The notes below the pieces were generated by a model. It was not told where the DNA came from. It saw only the letters and a list, made by a program, of their open reading frames with translations, and did not search any database. A program made the position numbers and the translations under genes. Positions 20,546 through 30,068 of a DNA stretch of 64,000 bases are shown in pieces. Position 1 is the stretch's first letter. The number at the start of each line of letters is the position of its first letter. Source of the stretch: Spirochaetota bacterium (GTDB taxonomy: Bacteria > Spirochaetota > UBA6919 > CBDBPB01); NCBI GenBank assembly GCA_965208615.1, contig CBDBPB010000004.1, positions 416,001 through 480,000 on the forward strand. The letters are read 5' to 3'.

Positions 20546-23265
20546 ATGGATGATGCACAATTTTTAGAAGAGCTTAAAAAAGACTTTTTTGATGAAGCAC
20601 AAAGCTTTATTGATATATTGGAGTCTAATATCCTAATTTTAGAAAAGGATCCAACAAATGAAGAAGCCATTAATGAAATATTTAGGGCCGGCCCATACTC
20701 TAAAAGGCGGCTCATCTACTTTAGATCTTGAATAGAATTGCCAATTTTACCCACGACATGGAAGACTTATTAGATGATGTTAGAGGAGGTAAAATACCTT
20801 TAACCCCCAATATTATAGATATACTTTTAAAATCAATAGATATAGTAAAAACACTTTTGAATGACAGCCTAGAAGGACATGAACGAGAAACAGGATATGA
20901 AAATGAAGTTATTGAGTTAATAAAGGCTGTTTTAAAAGGTGACTCCAGTAAAGAAGATAGCGTTGATGACATAGATAAGGCTAAGATTGAAGACAGTAAA
21001 CCTAAAACTAAGTTAGCATTTAATGAATATGAAAGATTTTTAATTAAGAATGCTTACTTAAAAGGATATTCTGTTTATGAGGTATATATTCGTTTAAATA
21101 GCTCTAACCCTATGAAAACGGTTAGTGGACTCCAGGTGCACTCTCAGATTAAGGAGGTGGCTGATATATTAAAAAGTTCCCCTGATATTGATGACTTAAT
21201 GAGTGATCAATTTTATGAGGAAGTATTATTTATAGTTCAGTCAACTGCTAGTCGTGATGAGGTTTATTCAAAAGTATTTTTAAGTGATGTTACTGATCTT
21301 GTTGAGGTTTCTGATTTTAGCGAAGATTTTGATATTGATAAAGATAAAGATAAAGATAAAGAGTTAGTTGACCATAAGACTGAGTGCAAGATGGTGCTAA
21401 CTAATGATGATCTTAGTACCATAAAGTCTTTTTTACAAAAAGGATCAAGGGTATTTAAGATCTTAGTTGTTTTTGATGAAACAAATCCCATGAGGGGGGT
21501 TAGCGGAGTTCTTTTTTATACTATGCTTAAAACAAAAGGAGATGTATTAAGGTCTATCCCAACTTATGACGACTTTAAAGAGGATACCTTTTATGATAAA
21601 GGGGAGTTTATTTTAGTTACTAATAGTAACATTGATGAACTAAGAGCAAAGCTATATTTAAGTGATGTAACTATTACCTTAAAATTTCAAGAGTTTGAAA
21701 AGGATATGGCTGATGAAACTATAGCCCCCGACTCTACTGAAGTAAAACCTATACCTAATGAGAAAAAGCCTGGTGATACTAAACCCTCAGTACCGTTAGA
21801 TAAGTCACTTTCTGTAGAGGCTTCTTCTATTAAACCAATTATTTCACAGTCTCCTAATAGAAAAAGTATTACAAGTGTTTTGAGAGTGGAAAGCTCTCGA
21901 ATTGATGAAATGCTAAACTTGGTTGGAGAGCTGGTTATTATAAAAGCAAGTTTTAGTCAGCTTAATGATGATAACTTAGCTATTTTTGATGATCTTATTA
22001 CCTTAAACGTACAGTATAAGGATTTTATTAGGCAGCTATTAGACGATATTGATGAGATCCTTAAGAAAACAGAAACTGATGATGATAAAGCTGGTGAATA
22101 TGTTGAGAAGTTAAAAAAAATAGAACTTCAAGATAGAATAGAACCTATAATTGGACATTTTGATAAAGTTTTCCCTAAATATCGTGAGGTACAAGAAAAA
22201 CTAAAAAGATCCACCCAAAACCTTGGCAGGATAACTGACGATCTACAAGAAAGTGTTATGAAAGTTAGGATGGTTCCTATTAATCAGATATTTAGTAGGT
22301 TTCCGCGTCTAATAAGGGATATTTCTAAAAATCTTAATAAGAATATTAATTTATCCATGTATGGTGAAGATACTGAGCTTGACAAGAGTGTTGTAGAGGA
22401 TTTAGTTGATCCTCTTATTCATATTGTAAGAAATGCAGTAGATCATGGTATTGAGCTTCCTGATGAGAGAATTAAAAAAGGTAAAGAAGAAACTGGATCT
22501 GTTGAGTTAAAAGCAGAACATGAAGGTAATACTGTTGCCATTTCTATTAAGGATGACGGTAGAGGTCTAAGTCTTTCTAAGATACGTAAAAAAGCTATAG
22601 ATAATAAGTTAATTGAGGCTAATCAAGAGTTAAGTAATGAGGAGCTTGTTAATCTTATATTCCATCCCGGTTTTTCTACTGCTACTGAGGTGACTTCTAT
22701 TTCTGGTAGAGGAGTAGGCTTGGATGTAGTAAAAAAGAAAATTGAAAATATTGGTGGTGCTATTGAGATCACTTCAGAAGAAGGAAAAGGAAGTAATTTT
22801 GGAATAAAAATACCCCTTACACTGGCTATTATTCAGGCTCTTTTAGTCCAAGTTAACAACTATATTTATTCTATACCTATAAACTCTGTTCTTGAGACTT
22901 TAAGAGTTTCTCCTGAGGATGTTAAACTATTAGAAAATACTGAAGTTATTAGAGTAAGAGAGGAAATATTATCACTGGTTCAACTGGACTATTTATTTAA
23001 ACATCGTTTAGCAGAAAGAGAAGGTGGAAGCTTTTATGTTATAGTTGTTGGGATCTCTGGTAAAAAAATGGCCTTAGGTGTAGATAGTTTATTAGGTGAG
23101 CAGGATGTAGTAATTAAACCTTTAAATAATAGATATACTAATGTAAAAGGAATTGCTGGAGCTACCATACTAGGCGATGGACAAATTAGCTTGGTACTGG
23201 ATGTTGGAGGTATATTTCATTTAGTAAGTACACAAAAAAGAAAGTTATATGATATACAAGCTTAA
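20546..23265 (+). CDS. cheA: Chemotaxis histidine kinase CheA (two indels in the Hpt/P1 region)
   Basis: P1 INEIFRA(A)HTLKGG is split by extra bases near 20689 and 20727. Also seen: two P2-like domains, RVESSRIDEMLNLVGELVI, HIVRNAVDHGIE, DDGRG, SGRGVGLDVV, and CheW domain IAGATILGDG. Confidence 0.95.
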
Positions 23266-23276
23266 TAGGTAAACCA

Positions 23277-24587
23277 ATGTCAGCTATATTATCAACGATT
23301 AACCAATTAGTTACTTTTCAGTTAGAGAGTGATATTCTGGGTGTTGACATTATGCATACTCAAGAGATCCTCAGCTTAGGTAACCTTAGAAAAGTTCCAA
23401 ACTCCCCTTTTTATTTTGACGGAATGCTAGATCTTAGAGGAACTGTTCTCCCTGTTATCAATTTTAAAAAACTATTTAACTTTGGAACATTTGATTTATC
23501 CCGTGATAAGGGAATTGTCATTATTAAAGATGATAATAAAAAGTGTTTTGGGGTTATTATTGATGAGATTTTACGTGTAGTTAACATTGAAAAGGCTAAA
23601 GTAAAAAAGATACCAGAAAGCTTTTCTAAATCTCTTAAGCAATATATTTCCGGAGTAGTTGAGGTAGAGAATGAATTAATCTCTATTTTGGATATTAAAG
23701 CTATTTTTCAAACTGTTGTTAAAGATCTTGGGAAAAATGCTGAAGATGATCAGGTTTTTTTAGATTTTCGTAGGGATAAATTTAAGCTACTTGATACTGA
23801 AGAAGAAAAACAAATTTATCACTTTTTAGATTCTTTTGGCGTTAAACAGAATATGGTAACTAGTATTGGAGCAAAAAATTATTTTTCAAGAATGAGAATT
23901 AATACTAATCTACCTATAGATGTTGTACTTAATGACTTTAAAACTTCTCTTGCAGAAAAAGCATATAATGTTTTGGCTTTCAAAAAAAGTATAGAATTTT
24001 TTGATTATTATAATGATTATTTTAATTTTTTAGCTATTTTAGAAAGTGTGATTTTACCTATTAAGAAAAAACAAGGATTATTAAATATAAAAATTGTTAA
24101 CCTGCAGTGTGGAAAAGGTTTTGAATGCTATTCTATTCTTTTTATCTTGAAGGCATTCATTCCTAATTTTTCTAAGTGGAACATAGAAATTATAGCTTTT
24201 AATGACGATTATAATGAGTTATCCTTTGCAAGTGAAGGACTTTATCAAGAGGAATACTTATTAAAAGTTAGCAATTGCGATTACGATAACTTTTTCTATA
24301 AAGAAAAAGAAGGGTATAAGGTTAAAGATGAGCTTAGGAAAATGATAAAATTTAGGTTTGGCACAGTAAAAAACTTTGAACCTGTAAAAAATGTTGATTT
24401 ATTTTTTTGCCGGGGAGTTTTTGCTAAATTAGGTGACAATGTTATTAGGAGAGTAGTTCTGTCTATAAAGGAATCTTTAGGTATAAATGGTATTTTACTA
24501 CTTGGCGAATTAGAAGATTTACTTTATATAAATCAACCTTTAGTAAGTAGGGAAATTAACGGAAGAAAGTTTTATTTAAATGTTTAG
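23277..24587 (+). CDS. cheW: CheW with C-terminal CheR-like domain (spirochaete CheW3 type)
   Basis: N-terminal CheW (GMLDLRGTVLPVI); C-terminal CheR-like CGKGFECYSI...DLFFCRGV...GILLLGELE. Confidence 0.88.
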   Translation: MSAILSTINQLVTFQLESDILGVDIMHTQEILSLGNLRKVPNSPFYFDGMLDLRGTVLPVINFKKLFNFGTFDLSRDKGIVIIKDDNKKCFGVIIDEILRVVNIEKAKVKKIPESFSKSLKQYISGVVEVENELISILDIKAIFQTVVKDLGKNAEDDQVFLDFRRDKFKLLDTEEEKQIYHFLDSFGVKQNMVTSIGAKNYFSRMRINTNLPIDVVLNDFKTSLAEKAYNVLAFKKSIEFFDYYNDYFNFLAILESVILPIKKKQGLLNIKIVNLQCGKGFECYSILFILKAFIPNFSKWNIEIIAFNDDYNELSFASEGLYQEEYLLKVSNCDYDNFFYKEKEGYKVKDELRKMIKFRFGTVKNFEPVKNVDLFFCRGVFAKLGDNVIRRVVLSIKESLGINGILLLGELEDLLYINQPLVSREINGRKFYLNV

Positions 24588-24601
24588 GATGGAGAAATGT
24601 T

Positions 24602-25072
24602 ATGAGGTTAGAATATATTAATCCATTTTTAGAAGCTTCTTGCGATATTTTAGAAGAAGTTTTAGAAACAAAAGTCAAAAAAGAAGAGCTATTCTTAAAA
24701 GATACAACTATACCTATTCTGGGTGTTGCTGTACTCATTGGCTTAACTGGGAGTGTCAGAGGACGGGTTCTTCTCGATATGGATATGGAAACTGCTTTAA
24801 AAATATCGTCCAAGATGAATAATGAAAAGATTAGTAATTTTGATAATCTTAGTAAGGCTACTATTAGTGAGTTAGCTAATATGATTGGAGGTAGAGCTAT
24901 TACTAGTTTACATAATGAAGGATTTTCTTTTCAGGTATCCCCGCCCAGTATTTTTACTGGAACAAATATGGAGATAACTTCACATTCGTTAGAGGCATTT
25001 ATTGTTCCCTTAAGTACGCCTTTCGGAAAAATAGAGGTAAATGTTGCTGTCAAAGAGAGAGAAGATTTTTAA
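24602..25072 (+). CDS. cheX: CheY-P phosphatase CheX
   Basis: MRLEYINPF, GLTGSVRGRV, ISELANMIGG (ExxN), VSPPSIFTG. Confidence 0.95.
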   Translation: MRLEYINPFLEASCDILEEVLETKVKKEELFLKDTTIPILGVAVLIGLTGSVRGRVLLDMDMETALKISSKMNNEKISNFDNLSKATISELANMIGGRAITSLHNEGFSFQVSPPSIFTGTNMEITSHSLEAFIVPLSTPFGKIEVNVAVKEREDF

Positions 25073-25096
25073 AATAAAGCTATAGGAGAAGAGTAT

Positions 25097-25528
25097 ATGT
25101 CTTCATCAGATTATATAAATATTAACGAAAGCCCACCTGAGGGACTTAAAGAAGATGGTACTAACTATAAAATAATGGTAGTTGACGATTCTATGTTTGT
25201 TACTAAACAGTTAAGTCAGATATTGCAATCTGAGGAGTATGAGGTAATTGCTATAGCAGAGAATGGTGAGGCGGCATTAGATAAGTATAAATCTTTATAT
25301 CCTAGTATTGATCTGGTAACCATGGATATTACAATGCCAAAGATGGATGGTATTGAATGCTTAAAAAGAATTATTGAATTTGATAAAAGTGCTAAGATTA
25401 TAATGATTAGTGCCATTGGAAAGCAGGACCTTGTAAAGGAGTCATTGCTAATAGGGGCTAAGAATTATATTGTTAAGCCTCTTAACAGAACTAAAGTATT
25501 AGAAAGAATTAAGAATGCCTTATCCTGA
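25097..25528 (+). CDS. cheY: Chemotaxis response regulator CheY
   Basis: VVDDS, DLVTMDITMPKMDG, YIVKP; N-terminal extension typical of spirochaete CheY. Confidence 0.93.
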   Translation: MSSSDYININESPPEGLKEDGTNYKIMVVDDSMFVTKQLSQILQSEEYEVIAIAENGEAALDKYKSLYPSIDLVTMDITMPKMDGIECLKRIIEFDKSAKIIMISAIGKQDLVKESLLIGAKNYIVKPLNRTKVLERIKNALS

Positions 25529-25531
25529 TTA

Positions 25532-26485
25532 ATGAATAAGCGGCTTGCCATTGGAATAGATATTGGAGGCACTTTTATTAAAGGTGCTGTTGTTGATAAT
25601 GAAGGTATAGTTCTTGAGAAGATAATTATTCCTACTTATGCTAAAGATGATGTTCAGTCCATTTTTAATAACATTTTAAAATCTATTAAATTGCTTTTAA
25701 AAAACCGTAATAATATTAGTGGTATTGGAATAGGTATACCTGGTAATTTTGATAAACATTGCGGGACTATTGAAGGATGTTATAATATTCCTAGTTTAGT
25801 TGGTTTTCCTATTATCCAAAAGATAAAAGAACATTTTAAACATTCCATATTTATTGATAATGATGCTACCAATGCGGTTAAGGGCGAGTTCCTTTTTGGA
25901 GCAGGTAGAAAAACTGATAGTTTAGTTATGTATACCTTAGGAACTGGTATTGGAGGAGGTATTATACTCAATAATAGGGTATTCCATGGGATTACTAATC
26001 AAGCTGGTGAAGTTGGACACATGATTCTATATCCCAATGGAATGTTATGTACTTGTGGAGCTTATGGGTGTTTTGAGGCTTATGCGTCTACTAATGCTAT
26101 GATCAGCTATGCTAAACAGGCTGTTAAACGTAACTTACAAACGAGGTTAAGGAATAGAAATATCGATGATATCGATGGAAAGGTTATTTGTCAGTTAGCC
26201 GAAGAGAATGATTTAGTTTGTATAGATATAATTAATAGGATTTCTTCATATATTGCTATTGCCAGTACTAGTATTATTAATTTCCTAAACATTTCGCTTA
26301 TTGTTATTGGAGGTGGAATCTCTCAAGGTAGTACATTGCTTTTTAAAGCTATATATGATAATATGTATAACTTAGTTCTACCTAGGCTTAGGGATAGCTT
26401 TGCTGTTGTCAAGGCTGAACTTGGTAATGATGCTGGAATGGTTGGTTCTGCGTCATCCATTTTCATAGAGGATGTGTTGTATTAG
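25532..26485 (+). CDS. ROK-family sugar kinase (glucokinase-like)
   Basis: IGIDIGGT, DNDA, TLGTGIGGG, GEVGHM, CTCGAYGCFEAYAS. Confidence 0.92.
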   Translation: MNKRLAIGIDIGGTFIKGAVVDNEGIVLEKIIIPTYAKDDVQSIFNNILKSIKLLLKNRNNISGIGIGIPGNFDKHCGTIEGCYNIPSLVGFPIIQKIKEHFKHSIFIDNDATNAVKGEFLFGAGRKTDSLVMYTLGTGIGGGIILNNRVFHGITNQAGEVGHMILYPNGMLCTCGAYGCFEAYASTNAMISYAKQAVKRNLQTRLRNRNIDDIDGKVICQLAEENDLVCIDIINRISSYIAIASTSIINFLNISLIVIGGGISQGSTLLFKAIYDNMYNLVLPRLRDSFAVVKAELGNDAGMVGSASSIFIEDVLY

Positions 26486-26526
26486 CTTATAGAACTGTAT
26501 ATAAAAGTTTTTATTATAGGGGATAA

Positions 26527-27294
26527 ATGTCTAAAGATATTCTAGAACAAATACTAATAGATAAGCGAGCTGAGGTTGATAATTTAAAAAAGACTGCTAT
26601 TACTCGTAAAGATGATCTACACATTGATAAACCTTCATTTCTCCATGCTTTTAAGAAAGGAACTCCTGTTATAATAGGAGAAGTTAAGAAGGCCTCTCCT
26701 TCTAGAGGTATTATTAGGGATAATTTTAATCATATTGAAATTGCTAAGACCTATGAGAAAGCTGGAATAGGTGCTATATCCGTATTGACCGATGAAAAGT
26801 ATTTTATGGGGAATATTGCATATTTAAAAGAAATTAGAAAAGAGGTTAACCTTCCTTTATTGAGAAAGGATTTTATAATAGATCCTTATCAAATAGAAGA
26901 GGCATTTTATGCTGGTGCTAGTGCTATTCTGCTTATTGCCGCCATTCTTAGTGATAAAGAGATAAAAGAATATATTCACATGGCTGAAAGTTTATCTATA
27001 GATGTTCTTGTAGAGACGCATAATCAAGAAGATATTAATAAAGCTATTAACGCTGGAGCAAATATTATTGGAATAAATAATCGTGATTTAAGAACCTTCA
27101 AGACTGATATTAGCTTAACTCAGAAATTATTATATAATATACCAAAAGATAAAATTGTTATATCAGAAAGCGGAATAAATAAACCTTATGACATATCTTA
27201 TTTAACATCATTGGGTGTTGACGGCTTTTTAATTGGAGAGGCCTTTATGAAAGAAAATGATATTGAAAAAAAGATAAAAGAAATGCTTAATTAA
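26527..27294 (+). CDS. trpC: Indole-3-glycerol phosphate synthase
   Basis: IGEVKKASPSRG, ISVLTDEKYF, LLRKDFIID, IGINNRDL, ISESGI, LIGEAFM. Confidence 0.97.
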   Translation: MSKDILEQILIDKRAEVDNLKKTAITRKDDLHIDKPSFLHAFKKGTPVIIGEVKKASPSRGIIRDNFNHIEIAKTYEKAGIGAISVLTDEKYFMGNIAYLKEIRKEVNLPLLRKDFIIDPYQIEEAFYAGASAILLIAAILSDKEIKEYIHMAESLSIDVLVETHNQEDINKAINAGANIIGINNRDLRTFKTDISLTQKLLYNIPKDKIVISESGINKPYDISYLTSLGVDGFLIGEAFMKENDIEKKIKEMLN

Positions 27295-27440
27295 GGGGGT
27301 TAAAAAGGGTTAAGTTTAATTACTTTACTTTTTTAATAAAAGGTATTATTATTATTTTATTATTAAAAGTTATAGTGTGGTTAACATAACACATGAAATA
27401 CATTATATATTTTGCTATACTGGTTTTTAGGTCTTAAGGG

Positions 27441-27626
27441 GTGTACATGATAAACAAAAATGATAAGGAATGGCTCGCCTCACTTGTTGCAGGGGGATTA
27501 ATTGGTGCTGGTTTGGTATTATTATTTGCTCCTCAGTCTGGTGATAAGACAGTGAAATCCATAAAAAGAATATCTAAAGATGTGAAAGACAGGGTAAACT
27601 TAACTCATTTTGTAAAGGAAATCTGA
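27441..27626 (+). CDS. Short YtxH-domain protein
   Basis: GGLIGAGLVLLFAPQSG YtxH signature; AAGGGG RBS. Confidence 0.75.
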   Translation: MYMINKNDKEWLASLVAGGLIGAGLVLLFAPQSGDKTVKSIKRISKDVKDRVNLTHFVKEI

Positions 27627-27639
27627 TATAGGAGGATTT

Positions 27640-27924
27640 ATGAATGATAGAGCTGGAAGTAATGTTAGGGCATTTTTTATTGGAGGATTAATTGGGGCTG
27701 GATTAGCTCTTATTTTTGCACCAAGAAGTGGTAAAGAAACTAGAGAACATCTTAAAGAATATGTTAATGATTTAGAGGATAAGTTCAAATCTCAATATGC
27801 TGTTGCAAAAAAGACTGCCACCGAAGAGGTAGATAAAATAAAGCGTAAGACTAAAGCCGCTGTAGAGAAAGGTAAAGAGGCTTTTAGAGAAGAACTTGAC
27901 AAAAAAGAGACTGATAATATTTAG
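27640..27924 (+). CDS. YtxH-domain protein
   Basis: FFIGGLIGAGLALIFAPRSGKETRE followed by an amphipathic helix; AGGAGG RBS. Confidence 0.9.
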   Translation: MNDRAGSNVRAFFIGGLIGAGLALIFAPRSGKETREHLKEYVNDLEDKFKSQYAVAKKTATEEVDKIKRKTKAAVEKGKEAFREELDKKETDNI

Positions 27925-27943
27925 GTTATATTAAACTTACGAT

Positions 27944-28294
27944 ATGGCTATTGAAACTTCATTAGGGATAATTAGTATATCTTTGCTTGTACTAACTAGT
28001 TTAGTACTTGTTCTTATGTTTATAGTGCTATATCTTTTCCTTAAGATTTTACCTCTTATTAGTCAATCCAAAAAGGTATTAGATAATTTAAGGGCATCTA
28101 GTATTTATATTAGAAAAGAGATTCGTCATATTACAAAGACCATACATAAAATTACTAGTAGCACTAAAAACAGGTTCTACTCTTTTGATGAGACTATATC
28201 AAAGATTAACGATAGTGCTTATAGGTTGAATGCTCTTTTAAAGGGAGTTACATCCTCATTAGAGTACTTTTTTAAGAATAAAAAAGATAATTAG
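27944..28294 (+). CDS. DUF948/YoxC-like membrane-anchored coiled-coil protein
   Basis: N-terminal TM followed by a helical tail; usual neighbour of YtxH genes. Confidence 0.6.
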   Translation: MAIETSLGIISISLLVLTSLVLVLMFIVLYLFLKILPLISQSKKVLDNLRASSIYIRKEIRHITKTIHKITSSTKNRFYSFDETISKINDSAYRLNALLKGVTSSLEYFFKNKKDN

Positions 28295-28331
28295 TTAATT
28301 ATGTCTTTTTTAAATATCACAATAATATATA

Positions 28332-29882
28332 ATGGACTACGACAAACCCAGCCTTATTGATAATATTTTCCTTCAAATGTTCAGGCTATACAGCTCTGAC
28401 AAACACCTTATTAGCTATATTCGCTCTCAATTACTTGACAGAAAAACCATATTAGACATACCTGATAAAGTTGTTTTTCCTATTAGTATTTTCAAAGATT
28501 TTTCTTTTTATTTTATGCTGTCTTTTGCTGACTACGAAAGACATAGAACATATATAGCTGATATTGTTTTATTGTTAGCAAGGGGTATTGAAAGTTTTAT
28601 TAAGGATAGCACTCTTAAAAAGGGGAAGGCTAAAGTTGGAGATATTAAAAGGCTTAATTTTTCTAAAGTTAAACATAGCCATGATATTATCGGATATTAT
28701 ATTGAGGCTAACTTTAAGAGTGAAGAGGCTCAATTTAATTTTTACTATTATATACCTAGAAAGTCTGTTGATAAGATAATATATTTTTTATCGAAGAAGA
28801 ATACTAGTAAGATTAGTGATATTGGAGTTTTGTCTGAACTTATCCATGGTCTTAGGACTGAGTTTTATAAGAGGAGTCTTACTTTTCCTTTAGATATACT
28901 CGACTTTTTTAACTATATTTCTAATAATGACCTACAGCGTATAATGGGATTACTTATTAGTAATAACATGATTACTTTTGATATGCTTTGGGCTTTGGCA
29001 AGCCGTATGGATAATGGTATGGATAGGATTATGAATAATCTATCCAAGAATCAGAAGGAGGATTTTTTATCTGTTATAGACAAAAAGGCTGACCAGAGCG
29101 ATTATTTATGGAATAGTATTGTGTTATACCAGCTTAGTCTTAATATGGATATTCTTTTAAAAGAGAATAAGATTGAATCTGGTGTTATTTTTAGGGTTAA
29201 GAATATCTTAGGGGATATTTTTCATCAAGAGATAAATAGTTTCTTTTATTTTAAGCCATTCGATATGTGGATAAAAGAGGCTAATGATAAAGGTGTACTA
29301 CAGGAGTTTTTAAGTAAGTGTCACGATGCTATTTTGGGTAAGAGTTTTATTTTTCTGTCTGAGGAGTCTTTAGCTATTATAAGGGCTAATAGTTCAAAGA
29401 GAAAGTTTCAGACTTTTATGGAAGATATAGAATATTACAAGAGGGACATTAAAAAAAGAGATATTTATTTAGCTCAGTACGAGGCTGTAACCAGTCTTAT
29501 AGACATATTATTTAGAAAGTTAACTCCTAAGGAAAAGAATACGGAAACATGGATTAAGAGGTTTAATAAGGCTAATGATTTTAATTTAGCGGTACACTAT
29601 GTTGGACCTATAGACTTTTCTTTAGCTCTTATACCATTGCCTATTACCGTTAAGAGGTTTGTTATTAAGAACTTAAAGCCTCCCATAAAGCATTTTGTAT
29701 ATTATTTTTTATCCAACAAGATTAAGTTAAACTTTCCTTATGGTGAGATTAGGATTAAGGAAGCATCATTAGAGGTAGTTAGGTCATTTTATCGTTTGGA
29801 GAAAGAGAATAAGGTTAGTTTAAAGCCTATTGAAAAGATCACCGAAGAAGATAGTATCAATCATACTGCTAGACTACTATAA
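28332..29882 (+). CDS. Hypothetical protein with three FliG C-terminal-like repeats and a possible CheC/FliM-like N-terminal domain
   Basis: Repeats: ISNNDLQRIM...IMNNLSKNQKEDF; IRANSSKRKFQTFMEDIEY...DIYLAQYEAV; IKEASLEVVRSFYRLEKENKVSL. Confidence 0.6.
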   Translation: MDYDKPSLIDNIFLQMFRLYSSDKHLISYIRSQLLDRKTILDIPDKVVFPISIFKDFSFYFMLSFADYERHRTYIADIVLLLARGIESFIKDSTLKKGKAKVGDIKRLNFSKVKHSHDIIGYYIEANFKSEEAQFNFYYYIPRKSVDKIIYFLSKKNTSKISDIGVLSELIHGLRTEFYKRSLTFPLDILDFFNYISNNDLQRIMGLLISNNMITFDMLWALASRMDNGMDRIMNNLSKNQKEDFLSVIDKKADQSDYLWNSIVLYQLSLNMDILLKENKIESGVIFRVKNILGDIFHQEINSFFYFKPFDMWIKEANDKGVLQEFLSKCHDAILGKSFIFLSEESLAIIRANSSKRKFQTFMEDIEYYKRDIKKRDIYLAQYEAVTSLIDILFRKLTPKEKNTETWIKRFNKANDFNLAVHYVGPIDFSLALIPLPITVKRFVIKNLKPPIKHFVYYFLSNKIKLNFPYGEIRIKEASLEVVRSFYRLEKENKVSLKPIEKITEEDSINHTARLL

Positions 29883-30068
29883 ATATGACAATCACTTTTT
29901 TATAGCTTTTTAACATATAAAAACATTAAAAACATATAATTTTAGTTAAAATGATAATATCTGCTGTTATTCTAAAATCCTTCTATTATGGTTTAATAAA
30001 TAATACAAGACTTTAAGAATGGTGTTTATACTTTAAATATGATTATTTAAGATATAAAAGGTGGGGTT

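Noticed and set aside
19251-20735. Programmed frameshifting or true pseudogenisation of plsY and cheA
   Set aside because: Multiple irregular extra bases without slippery-site or stimulator patterns, in conserved and normally essential genes; sequencing error is more parsimonious
23277-24587. CheW-CheR fusion as a novelty
   Set aside because: Already described in spirochaetes (Borrelia CheW3, Treponema CheW)
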